Positions 1 to 11,400 of a stretch of DNA of 64,000 nucleotides are shown here, piece after piece (positions within the stretch are counted from its first letter, which is position 1; each line of letters begins with the position of its first letter). This DNA comes from a virus (lineage: Duplodnaviria; Heunggongvirae; Uroviricota; Caudoviricetes): IMG/VR virus record IMGVR_UViG_3300042914_002848. The stretch is one strand, 5' to 3'. Made by a program: the position numbers and the translations under genes. Under the pieces are notes generated by a model. It did not search any database, was not told the DNA's origin, and saw only the letters and a program-made list of their open reading frames with translations.

Positions 1-703
1 AAGTTATATTCTGTAAATTAAAATATACTTTATTTCCAGCCAAATTAGAACCAAAGTTATATGATGATGTTGTTGGTAATCTTAAAAATACATTTTCACC
101 ACTAAAATCTGAAGAATATACGATGGTTTCATTTATAGATTCACTAACCAATAATAGCTGACCGTTTTCGTCTGCGAAATTTAAATAAGATGAAATAGAT
201 TCTGATATTGATATTGTAGGTAATTCATTATTGGAGAATAGAATAGGAGATTCCGACCTATAATTTCTAGTTATTGGTATTTTTCTTCTCCACCGTATGT
301 TTATAGTATTTTTAAACTCATCAGGTATTTCTTCACCATTTTCAGTTCTATCCGCAATACCACATATTATTACCTCACCAACCCCATTTGGGGTATTGTA
401 CATATCATTTCTTTGACCATACACCCACACCGAAATATAGCGTGATAAATCGCCCGGCTCATAATCAGGTATTTCATAATAAACCGATTGACCGTTTACA
501 TCTAAAATTTCAATAAATAGTTCAGAACCTGGCTGTAGTGTTACTCTGCTTGGTTTTACCCTAACGCCATTTTTTCCTCTACCAAAAAATTTAGGAAATT
601 CGGTTATACCAAAATATGCTTCAGAAGTTAATGAAGTATCTTCAATATAAACTGGTACTGATTCTAAATTTTGTTTAAACCGTCTTTTAAGTTCTAATGA
701 CAT
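1..703 (-). CDS. Probable virion structural protein (partial, runs off the window)
   Basis: ATG at 703 behind a GGGAG; manual translation MSLELKRRFKQNLESVPVYIEDTSLTSEAYFGITEFPKFFGRGKNG... stays open to position 1; not in the ORF track. Confidence 0.6.
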   Translation of the reverse strand, partial: MSLELKRRFKQNLESVPVYIEDTSLTSEAYFGITEFPKFFGRGKNGVRVKPSRVTLQPGSELFIEILDVNGQSVYYEIPDYEPGDLSRYISVWVYGQRNDMYNTPNGVGEVIICGIADRTENGEEIPDEFKNTINIRWRRKIPITRNYRSESPILFSNNELPTISISESISSYLNFADENGQLLLVSESINETIVYSSDFSGENVFLRLPTTSSYNFGSNLAGNKVYFNLQNIT

Positions 704-718
704 TCATTTCTCCCATAA

Positions 719-3700
719 CTATAAGTATTTTATTGAAGAAAAAGAGTTTATTTTATTTATATCAATTATCTGGTCTACCATATCCCTCGTTTTATCTATG
801 TGGGATATCGTAATAATAAAATCAAATTGAGTTTTTAAATAATCAAATAGCAAATACAAAGAATTAAAATTATCAGTATCCAGTGAACCAAACCCCTCAT
901 CAATAGCGATAAAGTTTGGACGGGGTAGGTTGGATATACTAATTAATGCGGTTCTGATTGCGATTGAACTCACAAACTTTTCCATACCACTTGTCAACTC
1001 TAATGGCCAATACTTATCATCTCCATAGCAAATATATGAGTTGATGTTTTTACCATCGGTATCTAATATGATTTGGAAATCCACTATAGGTTGAAGAATA
1101 TTGTTAATTTCAATCTCCAACGTTGGTAATATTTCTGCTATCAATCCATATGGAATACCATCCCGCTTAACTGCTGATAAGTAGTGTTCGTATCCATTAT
1201 ACTTTAATTCCATTTGATTTAATTTTTTTACAGATTCATTTACAGACTCAATTGTATTTTTTTGAACACGTAACTCACCCAACAAATCTATTAAATCGGT
1301 TGTAACCTTATTTAATTCGGATTGAGTTTCCAATCTTTTTTGTTTTAGTGAATTAATTTCTTCATTAAGTTTGATGTTGAATTCAACCGATTTTTCTTGC
1401 TTTTTGGCTTTTTCAATGTTCGCAGATATTTTTTCGTATTGAGATTCGTATTGGTTATAATCGGATTTAGAATCATTTAATTCAGATAAAAGATTGTAGT
1501 ATTTGCGGTTTACCTCTTGCTCTTTTTCTTTGACCTGATTTACCTTATCCAACTCCGTTTTTACATCACACCCCTTTTGTGTTTGAACTTTTTCTGATAG
1601 TTCGGTTTCTAATACGGATATCTTTTTAGTTAGTGTTACTATTTTAGTTTCCAATTCCAAACTTTGCTTTGCAAATGGAGTGTTTTTATTTTTAACACAA
1701 TGTTCACAATTATCATCGTATGTAAAAGAACCAATACCATCCAAATGCTTTTTGGTATGTGATAGTTCAATCTGATACTTTGATATGGTTTGTTTTATTA
1801 ATGCGATATCCCGCTCTAAAACACGCCATTCATTATCTTTTGCTTTTAATTCATCTAAATCATACTCTTTATAGAACTCGCCAATTCTTTCAAGCTTTTC
1901 CTCTAATGGTTTTACTTGGGATTGTAACTCCCTTATATTGGATGATATTGTTCCTATAGAATTCCTACAATCTTTTAATTCGGCATTTAATAACTCTAAG
2001 TTCAGATTACCATCCACCACAATTAACTTTGCAGACTTATCCTCAATTTGGTTGTGTATATTGTTAAGATTAGTTTCAAAATTTATTTTTTTGTTTTCCA
2101 AATCAGAAATAGAACCTGTTATAGATTGAGATACTAATTCGGCCTTAGCCAACTTTGTTGGAAAATCTTGCCCCTTATAATCTTTCAGTAAGGTTGATAA
2201 CTCCTTTATTTCTTCACTTGCTACTGAATACAATTGCTCAAACACATCCATATCCAAAAATTGAGCAAGTAACTCTTTTCGTTCTTTTTGTGATTTATCA
2301 ATAAAACCACTATTGTTAAATTGAGTTGAGAGAGCAGTCAATATGAAATCATCATATGTTCCTACATACTGCCTAATAACTGAATTTGTATCTCTTCTTT
2401 CATCACCATTCAAACTTTCAATATCACCCATATCATTGAATGTGTAAAATTGAGTATCAACTTTTACAGTTCCCTTTTTGGTGGATTTATTTGCGGTTCT
2501 CTCAATTACATAATCCCTGCCATTTAGTTCAAAGATAAACTTACAATAAAAATTGTTTTTAGAATAATTCATCACATCAACTGCTTTTGATGTTCGGGAG
2601 CACTTATCAAAAATACAAAAGGATAAAGCATCCCACAAAGAAGATTTACCACTTGCGTTGGGAGCAAATACACCATACGCCCCTTTCATATTTTGAAAGT
2701 TTATATAGTTATCTTCCCCATAAGAAAACATATTTGAGAATTGAAATTCTTTTGGAATCCAAACCGAACTCCGAATTGCATGAGGATTTACAATCTTTGA
2801 GTTTATATCAGCGTTTATACCTTTGACAACTTCTAAAGCTTCTGAATCAATACCAAACTTTTGGGTCAAATAATCTTCCAATAGTTTATTTTGAAATCCA
2901 ACATCCCTTACATTATGTAGAGTTATATGTTCTCGTTTTCCAACTTCGTTTGTAGATAAAACTTTCTGAATACTTAACTCTTCTATTTCATATTTCTTTT
3001 TTAAAGAAGATACAATTTTATTCAACTGTGATGTGGTTGTATCTTTAACCCTTAATCTTAATCTTGGCTTTGGGCAAATGTAATTATTTGATACGATTTT
3101 ACCATCTTCAATATCAATAGTTCCATACCCATACGCATTCTCAATATGAACGAATGTGGAGGACTTTGTTGGTACATCCCATACCAATATCCCATGCTCA
3201 GGATAAATTGATTCTGAGTGGTTCTGTGTAATCAGGGAGCCTGGGTACTTTATAGTATCCACACCTGATACTGAATTATTGGGAACATGGATATCTCCCA
3301 AAAGAACAATATCATATCCTTTAAAAGAATCCACCGTAACTTTTTTGTTATCAATCTTAAATCCATGCTCAGTTTGTATTCCATCAACGGGTCCGTGATA
3401 AAGAGCGATTTTAAAATCCCCATCAACGCCCGAACTATTTGTAAATCCATCCGATGAATCGAATACTGATTTGTGTGCGAATACGATGCCACCAAACTCA
3501 AAGGTTGTAGTGTTTTTGTAGTAATATAAGTTTGGGTGATTTAAAGCATCAACAATTGGTGATAACGCATCTAACCGAGAAGGGTTATTTAGATTTGCAT
3601 CGTGGTTGCCAGGAATTAAAATGGTGGGCATGATATCCGATAAATTTCTCAAAAAGTTTTGAGTCATATGTACCACCTCCGGCGTCATATCGGTTTTAGC

Positions 3701-3859
3701 GTGAACTATATCCCCAGCTAATACAATAGCAGAGTCTTCAGTTACAACTGATTTTAAGTAATCATATAAACGATTAAAAACTAAAGAATACTCTTTATGT
3801 CTTTTTAAGTTTCGTATATGAACATCAGCAATATGATAAATCTTATTTAACTTTTTCAT
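719..3859 (-). CDS. Fused SbcD/Mre11 nuclease - SbcC/Rad50 ATPase (T4 gp47-gp46-like)
   Basis: N-terminal metallophosphoesterase motifs DVH, GD, GNHD, GDIH; Walker A APNASGKSS; coiled coil with CEHC zinc hook; signature LTSGMEK; Walker B IAIDEGFGSLD. Confidence 0.92.
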   Translation of the reverse strand: MKKLNKIYHIADVHIRNLKRHKEYSLVFNRLYDYLKSVVTEDSAIVLAGDIVHAKTDMTPEVVHMTQNFLRNLSDIMPTILIPGNHDANLNNPSRLDALSPIVDALNHPNLYYYKNTTTFEFGGIVFAHKSVFDSSDGFTNSSGVDGDFKIALYHGPVDGIQTEHGFKIDNKKVTVDSFKGYDIVLLGDIHVPNNSVSGVDTIKYPGSLITQNHSESIYPEHGILVWDVPTKSSTFVHIENAYGYGTIDIEDGKIVSNNYICPKPRLRLRVKDTTTSQLNKIVSSLKKKYEIEELSIQKVLSTNEVGKREHITLHNVRDVGFQNKLLEDYLTQKFGIDSEALEVVKGINADINSKIVNPHAIRSSVWIPKEFQFSNMFSYGEDNYINFQNMKGAYGVFAPNASGKSSLWDALSFCIFDKCSRTSKAVDVMNYSKNNFYCKFIFELNGRDYVIERTANKSTKKGTVKVDTQFYTFNDMGDIESLNGDERRDTNSVIRQYVGTYDDFILTALSTQFNNSGFIDKSQKERKELLAQFLDMDVFEQLYSVASEEIKELSTLLKDYKGQDFPTKLAKAELVSQSITGSISDLENKKINFETNLNNIHNQIEDKSAKLIVVDGNLNLELLNAELKDCRNSIGTISSNIRELQSQVKPLEEKLERIGEFYKEYDLDELKAKDNEWRVLERDIALIKQTISKYQIELSHTKKHLDGIGSFTYDDNCEHCVKNKNTPFAKQSLELETKIVTLTKKISVLETELSEKVQTQKGCDVKTELDKVNQVKEKEQEVNRKYYNLLSELNDSKSDYNQYESQYEKISANIEKAKKQEKSVEFNIKLNEEINSLKQKRLETQSELNKVTTDLIDLLGELRVQKNTIESVNESVKKLNQMELKYNGYEHYLSAVKRDGIPYGLIAEILPTLEIEINNILQPIVDFQIILDTDGKNINSYICYGDDKYWPLELTSGMEKFVSSIAIRTALISISNLPRPNFIAIDEGFGSLDTDNFNSLYLLFDYLKTQFDFIITISHIDKTRDMVDQIIDINKINSFSSIKYL

Positions 3860-4800
3860 TTTCTCCTAAACATTTTATACTCCACTAAACTTAACAAATT
3901 CAATTCAGGTGTATTGTATATTTTTGTGTTTATCTTATCGTAACCTAATTCAGATGCGTCCTCCGAACCCAACTGAACTAAGTGAACTTTAATCCCCCAA
4001 CCCATTAGTTTTTCGCATAGTTGGATAGAGTTATTAATAGCATCGGAATCTAAGCAAACATAGATACGGGACACTTTTTTATCTAAAATTTTCTTTTCTA
4101 ATTTAGGTGGAATGGTTTTACCAAAAATAGGAATTGCGTTTCTACGAATTGCGATTGCATCAAAAACACCCTCACAAATAACAATTGGTTCATTCCAATT
4201 CACATACAAATCAAACCCAATAATATCTTTGGATACTTTTGGATTTTTATGCTTTTGTGGTGTATCATAAAAAGCCCTACTAACAAAGTAATTTAACATA
4301 CCATCTGAATCGTATGAGGGAATAATAATTTTATTACTATATTCACCCTCAACACAATACCCCATTCCATACTTAACAATATCACCAGGTCGGATTCCCC
4401 TACCTAAAATGTAATTTAAGGCGTGCGAATAAATAACGGACTTGGATGATTCCCAAAGAGGAGTAAACTCTTTTGGTAGTTGAACAAATGTTTGTTGTTG
4501 TGTTAATTGTTCAGTCGGTTGTGTGTATTTTCCAATGTTTCTGAAAATAGAATTGTATTCATCCCATATTTGCGAAGATACATTTAGTTTTTTAAAGAGA
4601 GAACGAATCGTTTTTCCCTTTTCATCCGATATCCAACAATGCCAAGGGTTATCACCAGCAGCCGTTGTTTTTATGTTTATTTCAAGCTTTGGTTTGTAAT
4701 GTTCGGCAAATGGTGAATAAAAAGCATAGTTATCCCCAGTGGTTTTTTTACTTTTACCCAAAACCCGTTCTAATAACTCAATCAATCTTTCTTCTACCAT
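3856..4800 (-). CDS. DNA primase (DnaG/Toprim type)
   Basis: ICEGVFDAI and CLDSDA Toprim motifs; N-terminal SPFAEH...WHCW degenerate Zn-binding region. Confidence 0.85.
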   Translation of the reverse strand: MVEERLIELLERVLGKSKKTTGDNYAFYSPFAEHYKPKLEINIKTTAAGDNPWHCWISDEKGKTIRSLFKKLNVSSQIWDEYNSIFRNIGKYTQPTEQLTQQQTFVQLPKEFTPLWESSKSVIYSHALNYILGRGIRPGDIVKYGMGYCVEGEYSNKIIIPSYDSDGMLNYFVSRAFYDTPQKHKNPKVSKDIIGFDLYVNWNEPIVICEGVFDAIAIRRNAIPIFGKTIPPKLEKKILDKKVSRIYVCLDSDAINNSIQLCEKLMGWGIKVHLVQLGSEDASELGYDKINTKIYNTPELNLLSLVEYKMFRRK

Positions 4801-5401
4801 TTCTTAAATCGTAAGTATAAATATACTTTGGTAAGTTAGTAATTATTTTTACATTCTCATCACCCGCTTTGTATCTCCTATTTATTTCAACCCCATAAGG
4901 TCTATCCAACATAGAAAGGGTTCTAATGTGAAATGATTTACCATCCACCTCCAATGATTTTGATGGAGATGTTTCACCTAAATAATTAAAATTAGAAGCA
5001 CGATAGATAACCCCCTTATGCCCCTGATTTTGGTCTGCGTAACTTATTATATATTCCCAATCGGTATTTTTTTGTAACCACTTGATTGTTTTAGATATAA
5101 AATAGGATTCAGCGTTTTTTGGTGTATCATCTACCAAACACAACCTCCGTAACTCCAAAACCTTATCGGGACGGGATGGGTGATATGTCTGCCCAGCAGA
5201 TGGACCTGCGGGGCGTGTGTAAATACAAACCCCAATTATTTGGGGCATACCAAAATTTCCTTCCCTAAGTAGAATAAATGCGTGTTTTGTTTGTATATTT
5301 ACATAATCAGAGTAGTGCCACTTTTTCAAAAAGGCACGAATGTTCTCATTAAATGTAGTATGTTCTACTGTGTATGTTTTTACTAAACCCATTCTACACA
5401 A
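4778..5401 (-). CDS. Mom-family (GNAT-fold) DNA adenine modification protein
   Basis: ELRRLCL..DTPKNAESYFIS...IISYADQNQGHKGVIYRASNF matches the Mu Mom-like family pattern. Confidence 0.8.
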   Translation of the reverse strand: MCRMGLVKTYTVEHTTFNENIRAFLKKWHYSDYVNIQTKHAFILLREGNFGMPQIIGVCIYTRPAGPSAGQTYHPSRPDKVLELRRLCLVDDTPKNAESYFISKTIKWLQKNTDWEYIISYADQNQGHKGVIYRASNFNYLGETSPSKSLEVDGKSFHIRTLSMLDRPYGVEINRRYKAGDENVKIITNLPKYIYTYDLRNGRRKID

Positions 5402-5420
5402 TATACAACATAAAAGTTAA

Positions 5421-5840
5421 TTATCCAAATAAAAATGTTTTGGGTTCTTCATTTACCCATTCTATTGGAACTTGCTTCGTAGCCCACTTAAAACCATTTT
5501 TATCTGCCCACATACCATATGTAGTTTTTGACCTTTTATTTAATTTTGCGTTTGGGTTCTGAAATACAATTCGTATATCCAAATCAGGCTTTTGGGCTTT
5601 TATTAGTAGATGTTTTTTTCTATCCTCTAAAGTAAACCTACCTTTTGTTTCTATGAAAATACCATTCGGTAATCTGAAATCAGGTTTGTATGTATGATTT
5701 GTTGCGGGTTTAGTGTATTGTATTTGGTGTTTTTCGTATTCACCATCAATACCTATTTGTTTTAATTCTTCCGAAACTTTATCCTCTAAACCCGAGCGAT
5801 GCCCTTTGGTTCTTTGGATGTGACCCCAATTTTTTGGCAT
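5421..5840 (-). CDS. T7 endonuclease I-like Holliday junction resolvase
   Basis: RSGLE, YKPDFRLPNGIFIETKGRF, DRKKHLLIK..PDLDIRIVF motifs of T7 gp3. Confidence 0.92.
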   Translation of the reverse strand: MPKNWGHIQRTKGHRSGLEDKVSEELKQIGIDGEYEKHQIQYTKPATNHTYKPDFRLPNGIFIETKGRFTLEDRKKHLLIKAQKPDLDIRIVFQNPNAKLNKRSKTTYGMWADKNGFKWATKQVPIEWVNEEPKTFLFG

Positions 5841-5842
5841 AA

Positions 5843-6727
5843 TTAATCTATATCAAATTTTACATTTATAAATAAATCCGTAATTGTACTTTTCTTTAAC
5901 GGAACTCCCAACTTTGCAACAGCCATCATTTCTTCATCATCATTATATAACCCAATGGTTGTTATGTAAGGTGAAAATGTAGAAGAGGTTGTAAATCCAG
6001 CTCTCGTTCCATATGAGCCGCTGATAATTGATGTTGGGTGGATAGATACATTAAATTCATCTTTTCCAATATGACAAAGTAAGCTAACTTCTTCTATTGC
6101 TTTAGTTGCTTTATAGTTTACAGTAAACCCTTTATTGGATGTATAATCCCAATTACCATTACCCAAAAAGGTGTGTTGATTATTAGAACCAGTATTTGTC
6201 ATAACAATCAACCCCTGTTTATAAAAAACATAACCATATGTCGCAGATGATGAAACTATAGTTCCCCATTCATCTTCTACTTTTACATCCGTATAGTATC
6301 TATAATTTGTAGTTGAGCCTGAATAGTTTGTTATGTTTACGGATGATGGTTTTATTTCAAACCCGTATCTATAAACAGGAATAGATAAAACTGATGCAGT
6401 ATCATATAATTTTATCCTAACATCATCTGCAAAGTACAATTGATTAAGGCTTTTCCATAAACTTTTTTGATAAACACCACTTAACCCATCGTATGTAGAA
6501 CTTTGTGTTAAATCGGTGGATGTAAATTCAAACGCGCCACTAACAGCAGGTTTTATCGCTCTTAATGTGGATACTCCAAATGATGTATAATGGTTTGAAT
6601 CCGTTACCTCATAGCTTTTATGGGTAATAAACTTACGTTCTTGTGAAAATAATTGGTCTATTCTTTTAAACCCAATACTAATAGTTTCGGAATCACCACC
6701 CCTTAATACAATTTTTTTTTCTGCCAT
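5843..6727 (-). CDS. Baseplate/tail structural protein
   Basis: S/T/G-rich; C-terminal PYITTIGLYND..AVAKL..P..K motif shared with the next gene. Confidence 0.6.
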   Translation of the reverse strand: MAEKKIVLRGGDSETISIGFKRIDQLFSQERKFITHKSYEVTDSNHYTSFGVSTLRAIKPAVSGAFEFTSTDLTQSSTYDGLSGVYQKSLWKSLNQLYFADDVRIKLYDTASVLSIPVYRYGFEIKPSSVNITNYSGSTTNYRYYTDVKVEDEWGTIVSSSATYGYVFYKQGLIVMTNTGSNNQHTFLGNGNWDYTSNKGFTVNYKATKAIEEVSLLCHIGKDEFNVSIHPTSIISGSYGTRAGFTTSSTFSPYITTIGLYNDDEEMMAVAKLGVPLKKSTITDLFINVKFDID

Positions 6728-6740
6728 TAATCATTACGAT

Positions 6741-7814
6741 TTAAAAATCTAATTTTACTTTTAAAAGAATCTCATTAGCAAACGATTTCAAAATAGGTTG
6801 CGATAGTTTTGCAACTGCTAATAATTCATTTGGGTCATTATATAATCCAATTGTAGTAATATATGATTTTGGGTCACTAACAAATGTTGGTTGAGATAAT
6901 GTGTAAACACCATTTGCCGAAGATGTTACATAAGATGGGTTGTTACTAAAGTTAAACTTACTGTTTCTAACTCTTAAAAAGTAATAAGTAGATTTAACTT
7001 CTTCTTCATTTCTGGCTTTAAATGCGTTATTGGTTGAATCAACTGCCGCTGACCTACTAATAGCAGAAAATAACTTAAATGAGTTGTTCCCATTTGCATT
7101 TGATGCAGTTGCGGTAGTCATTGATGCGGATACATCTAATGCGGTACCTGATAATACAATTACACCTCGTTGTGGGTAAACACGCCCATAAGTTAAAGTA
7201 GTAGAAGGAACACTTACACCAGATGATAATGAACCTGAAACAACATTATAGTATTCTTGTTCAGCGGAATTTAATTGTGCTGTATCATCGGAATCATCTA
7301 TTAATTTTATTTGCTTACCAGAACCACTCAATGTCAATTCCCAGTTTCCTCTATCTAATTTATCCTTTAATCTACTTCTTTTGAAATTGATAACATAAAT
7401 TGAGTTTTCTTCACCCACACCTGTGAAATTGAATTTTGTGGTTGATGATGGTAAAAGTGTTTGTTGATATTGTGCATAAATTGCACGAGATGGTGAATCG
7501 GCAAATCCAATACCCGCAGCAGTAGAACCAATAGAACCACTACCCAAAGCATGTCCATAGGCTACTGAAAACTGAACTTCTCTTGTTGAATCACTACCAA
7601 CTTTATCGTAAACATCATAATAATATTGACCCGATGAAGCGCTTTGTGCGGATGATGTAAAGAATGTAGCCAATGATGCGGCATTACCGCTAAATAAACC
7701 ACGTGTTATTCTTTGTGAACTAGATGCGGTATCATCGGTTGTTATTCGTTCAAATGTAAAAAGCGAACTTATTGGGACCACCCCACTTCCCAATTGTATT
7801 GTTTTAGTTGCCAT
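6741..7814 (-). CDS. Baseplate/tail structural protein
   Basis: C-terminal YITTIGLYNDPNELLAVAKLSQPILK...VKLDF, paralogous to 5843-6727. Confidence 0.6.
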   Translation of the reverse strand: MATKTIQLGSGVVPISSLFTFERITTDDTASSSQRITRGLFSGNAASLATFFTSSAQSASSGQYYYDVYDKVGSDSTREVQFSVAYGHALGSGSIGSTAAGIGFADSPSRAIYAQYQQTLLPSSTTKFNFTGVGEENSIYVINFKRSRLKDKLDRGNWELTLSGSGKQIKLIDDSDDTAQLNSAEQEYYNVVSGSLSSGVSVPSTTLTYGRVYPQRGVIVLSGTALDVSASMTTATASNANGNNSFKLFSAISRSAAVDSTNNAFKARNEEEVKSTYYFLRVRNSKFNFSNNPSYVTSSANGVYTLSQPTFVSDPKSYITTIGLYNDPNELLAVAKLSQPILKSFANEILLKVKLDF

Positions 7815-7840
7815 CTATTTTATTCCTATTTTTTTATGTA

Positions 7841-8443
7841 TTAAAAACCTCTTACTGTTGTAGCTTGTGTTGTTGTAGTGGTTACATTAGGTGTAACTGT
7901 TACATTGATATCTACTCTACCGCCAGTTGTATTACCAACCACAATTATTTTTGTAGATTGGGTTATTTCGGGAACTAACCCGGTTGTAGCCTCAAATTCA
8001 AAAGTGTTAGCATTGATTACATTGATTGTTCCCAATCTATCATCCAAAAGAGTTACAGTATATTGTTGTGTAGTATCACTAATTTTAAATATAACAGAAC
8101 CAGCGCCCGTAGGTAACACACTTCGTTGCGGAACACTAATACTTGCAGGAGTAACAGAGAAAATTGGAACTGATGTTGTGTTTTTAGGTAAGGTTAATAA
8201 TTTATACCTTAAAGCAAAATTTTCATCGGTAATAGCCTCTAAAACAGGCATATTTTCAATTATTTCACCATAATAATCTGAACCTAATGAGTGTGCTGTG
8301 TTCCAAAGTGTGTAATCCACCTCATCATCACCCAAAGCAAATTGAGTAATTTCAAAGTTACCACGACCTGATGCTAAATACTCTCTGCCTTTTTTGGTTA
8401 AAATAGCATCAACTGTAACAGATGTATTATCTAAATATCCCAT
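7841..8443 (-). CDS. Baseplate/tail-fibre attachment protein
   Basis: ILTKKGREYLA...ITQFALGD resembles N-termini of tail-fibre attachment domains. Confidence 0.55.
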   Translation of the reverse strand: MGYLDNTSVTVDAILTKKGREYLASGRGNFEITQFALGDDEVDYTLWNTAHSLGSDYYGEIIENMPVLEAITDENFALRYKLLTLPKNTTSVPIFSVTPASISVPQRSVLPTGAGSVIFKISDTTQQYTVTLLDDRLGTINVINANTFEFEATTGLVPEITQSTKIIVVGNTTGGRVDINVTVTPNVTTTTTQATTVRGF

Positions 8444-8493
8444 ATAATTTCCTAATTTTGTTTCTTATAAATATAGATTTTTAAAATTAAATT

Positions 8494-11400
8494 TTAAACC
8501 CGTAATCGTCCCGACGAAGCTGCCCCACTTCCAATTCGAGGAGATGTTGTTGGTGTTGATACTATTGTATCTTGAACGGATACATTTTGAGGTGCGACTC
8601 TTAATACAAATGGGTCTGCTACAAATGTTTCAACGCTTGGTAAACCATCAATTGATGTAACACCACTATTACAACCATTAAATCTCAAATTTGCTAAACT
8701 TAATGGTAATTCATCGGTTTGTGTTGCTACAGGTGTTAATGATGATGAATAGAATTTACCCAATGAAGCAGAGAGAGATGATGAATAAAAATAATTAACT
8801 ATGCTGGCATATGGTGAGAGTCTTTGACCCATAATAGAACTCGTTGGATTGTATTGCCATTGCGGGTTACTAACATTTGTGTATAACCCCGTACTCCCAC
8901 TTAAAATTGGGTAGGTATATTTGTAAATTGAACTCTCATGATAATCTTTTGTATCCACTGTAGCCAAGTAATCATTTTTTGTGGCCGTTACACTTTCGGG
9001 TAACATAGATATTGTAGTTAAATAATCCACTCTACTATAAGACCATTTATCACCCCGCTTGTATTTGTTTCTTTCCAAAATATGCGGTTCTAACAATACA
9101 CCACCAACATACTCACTTCTCGCAGGTATTAATTGTTTTACTTGTTGGAATATGCTATGGTCATACAATGATAACATATCCAATAAAAGTCCAATCGCAG
9201 TTCCACGCTTTTGAGCAGAACCAGAGGGGGCTGTTAAATTAACATACTTTTGAAAATATACATTTGCCCTATATCTTAATTTAGAATAATCTTCATTGAA
9301 TCTATCGTCCGGGTCGCCAATTAAATCATCAACTTCAAAGTATCCTTCTGAATTGTATATATCATTATTTACAACATCCGTTGGTGAGAAATACAATCCA
9401 ACTAAATTTGAATCGGTTTGGGTATAATCATATTGAGATACTTCAGCGGTTTTTTCAACATCCAATGAACCACTTAAAACTGAAGATTCTATTCTTACTT
9501 TATTGTTATTTAGGTTTAACGCGCCCACCGATGGAACTCTTATAAATTGAGTATCCACTTCACCAACCAAATCGGCCGATGTGTGGTTTGGTAATGATGC
9601 GGTTAATGGTGCTCCACCCAATGTGGTTTTGAAAAATTGGTTTGGGTGAGATGATGAAATAGCTGTTGATATGGTATTAAACCCACTATCAGGAAATATT
9701 CTATAAACCAAATCGGTATATGATGATATACTATTTAAATCAGTTGTGTTATCATCCGAAAAATACGCTTCAGTATTCAATGCGTGCTCTTTGAATATTT
9801 CTTCAGAAAGGGATGATGAATAATATCTAATCTCTTGAATTGATGCAGTTGATGAATAGTTACCAACACCATCACCAACAATGAATTGAGTTGAACTACC
9901 AAGTATACTATTTGGTGCGGAACTTTGAGCGGATAATGAAGATAGGATATTTCCAAAATCATCTTTGAATGCCGCTCTAATTGTGGTTGAACTACCAGAT
10001 ATAATACCAAACGCACCATCTCTTGCTACTAAGTAGCTCATATAAGATGAACTCATAACTGTTGTAGAACCTGTCTTTGCCAATATCCTAGCTTGTCCGC
10101 CTGAATAATTCCATTCAAAGTTTAAATCAGTTCCACCCCCCGTTAATCTACCAATAGTAAAATCACCCAATGGCATTTTACCAATTACCTCAATGGTGTT
10201 TGGCCTACTACCATTAATAGTTCCAAAAGGGTTTCTTATTGGTTTAGAATCCGTTGTTTCTACTTTATAGATAAATCTTTCATCTTCGTATTTGTTTGGT
10301 GAATCAACGATTGTAGGCCCGCCGTATTCTCTTATTTTTAAAAATGTTTCAGGTATACCATAACAAGCCAAAAGGGCTTTGATTGAACGAGGCGTACCTT
10401 TTGATTTATAGATATATGGTAAGTTGTTCAATACCCTACGCCAAACTTCGGCTCGTATTTTTTCTTTTGATTTAGTTTCTAATCCACCAGTTGTTACTGA
10501 CCTGTTTCCCAATGAATCAGTTCCTAAAACATACTCCCAAAGGTTTGATTCACCCCAACCATTGGATAAATTCCACCCCATTGATTTTGCTACATCGTAC
10601 AACAAATCATCCGACATACCATCTTCAGGATGCTCTTCTCTTTTATTTACATCTGTCAGCCCTTTTGTATAAGTCCACAAAATATCAAAATGATGTCCTA
10701 TCATATTAATGAATAATATGTAATCTTCATTAAGCGGGTCTTCTCTTAAAGCAAATGGGATTAGGTTAATTAAAGCTGATTGGTTTTGTGCATCATAAAG
10801 TGATGCCGAACTATAGACACCTTCATACCAACTTTCGGCTTGAGAGCTTGTTGTTGCATAAAATACTGTTGGATATGATGATATTTTTGGATATGGTACA
10901 ATTGGATTATCAGTTGTTGAGTAATGGGTATATAAAGAACCTGTTACTTTGTTATACATCCATTGTTCAAAACCATCAAACCCACCAATTAAGGTGTCTC
11001 TTCGTGTGATTGATTGTGATATGTTTGTAAGAGCGTGCGAACCTGAAACCTGTTGTAGGGTTGCTATTCTACTATTATACCCCTCAATTGTTTGTAATTT
11101 ACTAAAGAAATTATCAACTCTTTCAGTTGCGGATGAATAGTGAACAAAGTTACTAAAATCAGAATAATCAATGTTTAATTTTATATTTCCAAACGAACCG
11201 CTAAAATATTTATCTATAATTTGCTGAGAGGTAGATAGGTTTGCATCTAACAAATCGTTCCATGCTTTAAAATCAGTACCATCTGATTTACCATACTTAT
11301 CCAACTCAATATTAAAATTCGGCTCTAAAAGTTGTTTTGATGTAATCTCATCTAACTGATTATACGATACTATTTTTTCTATATACGATTTTTGCAATCT

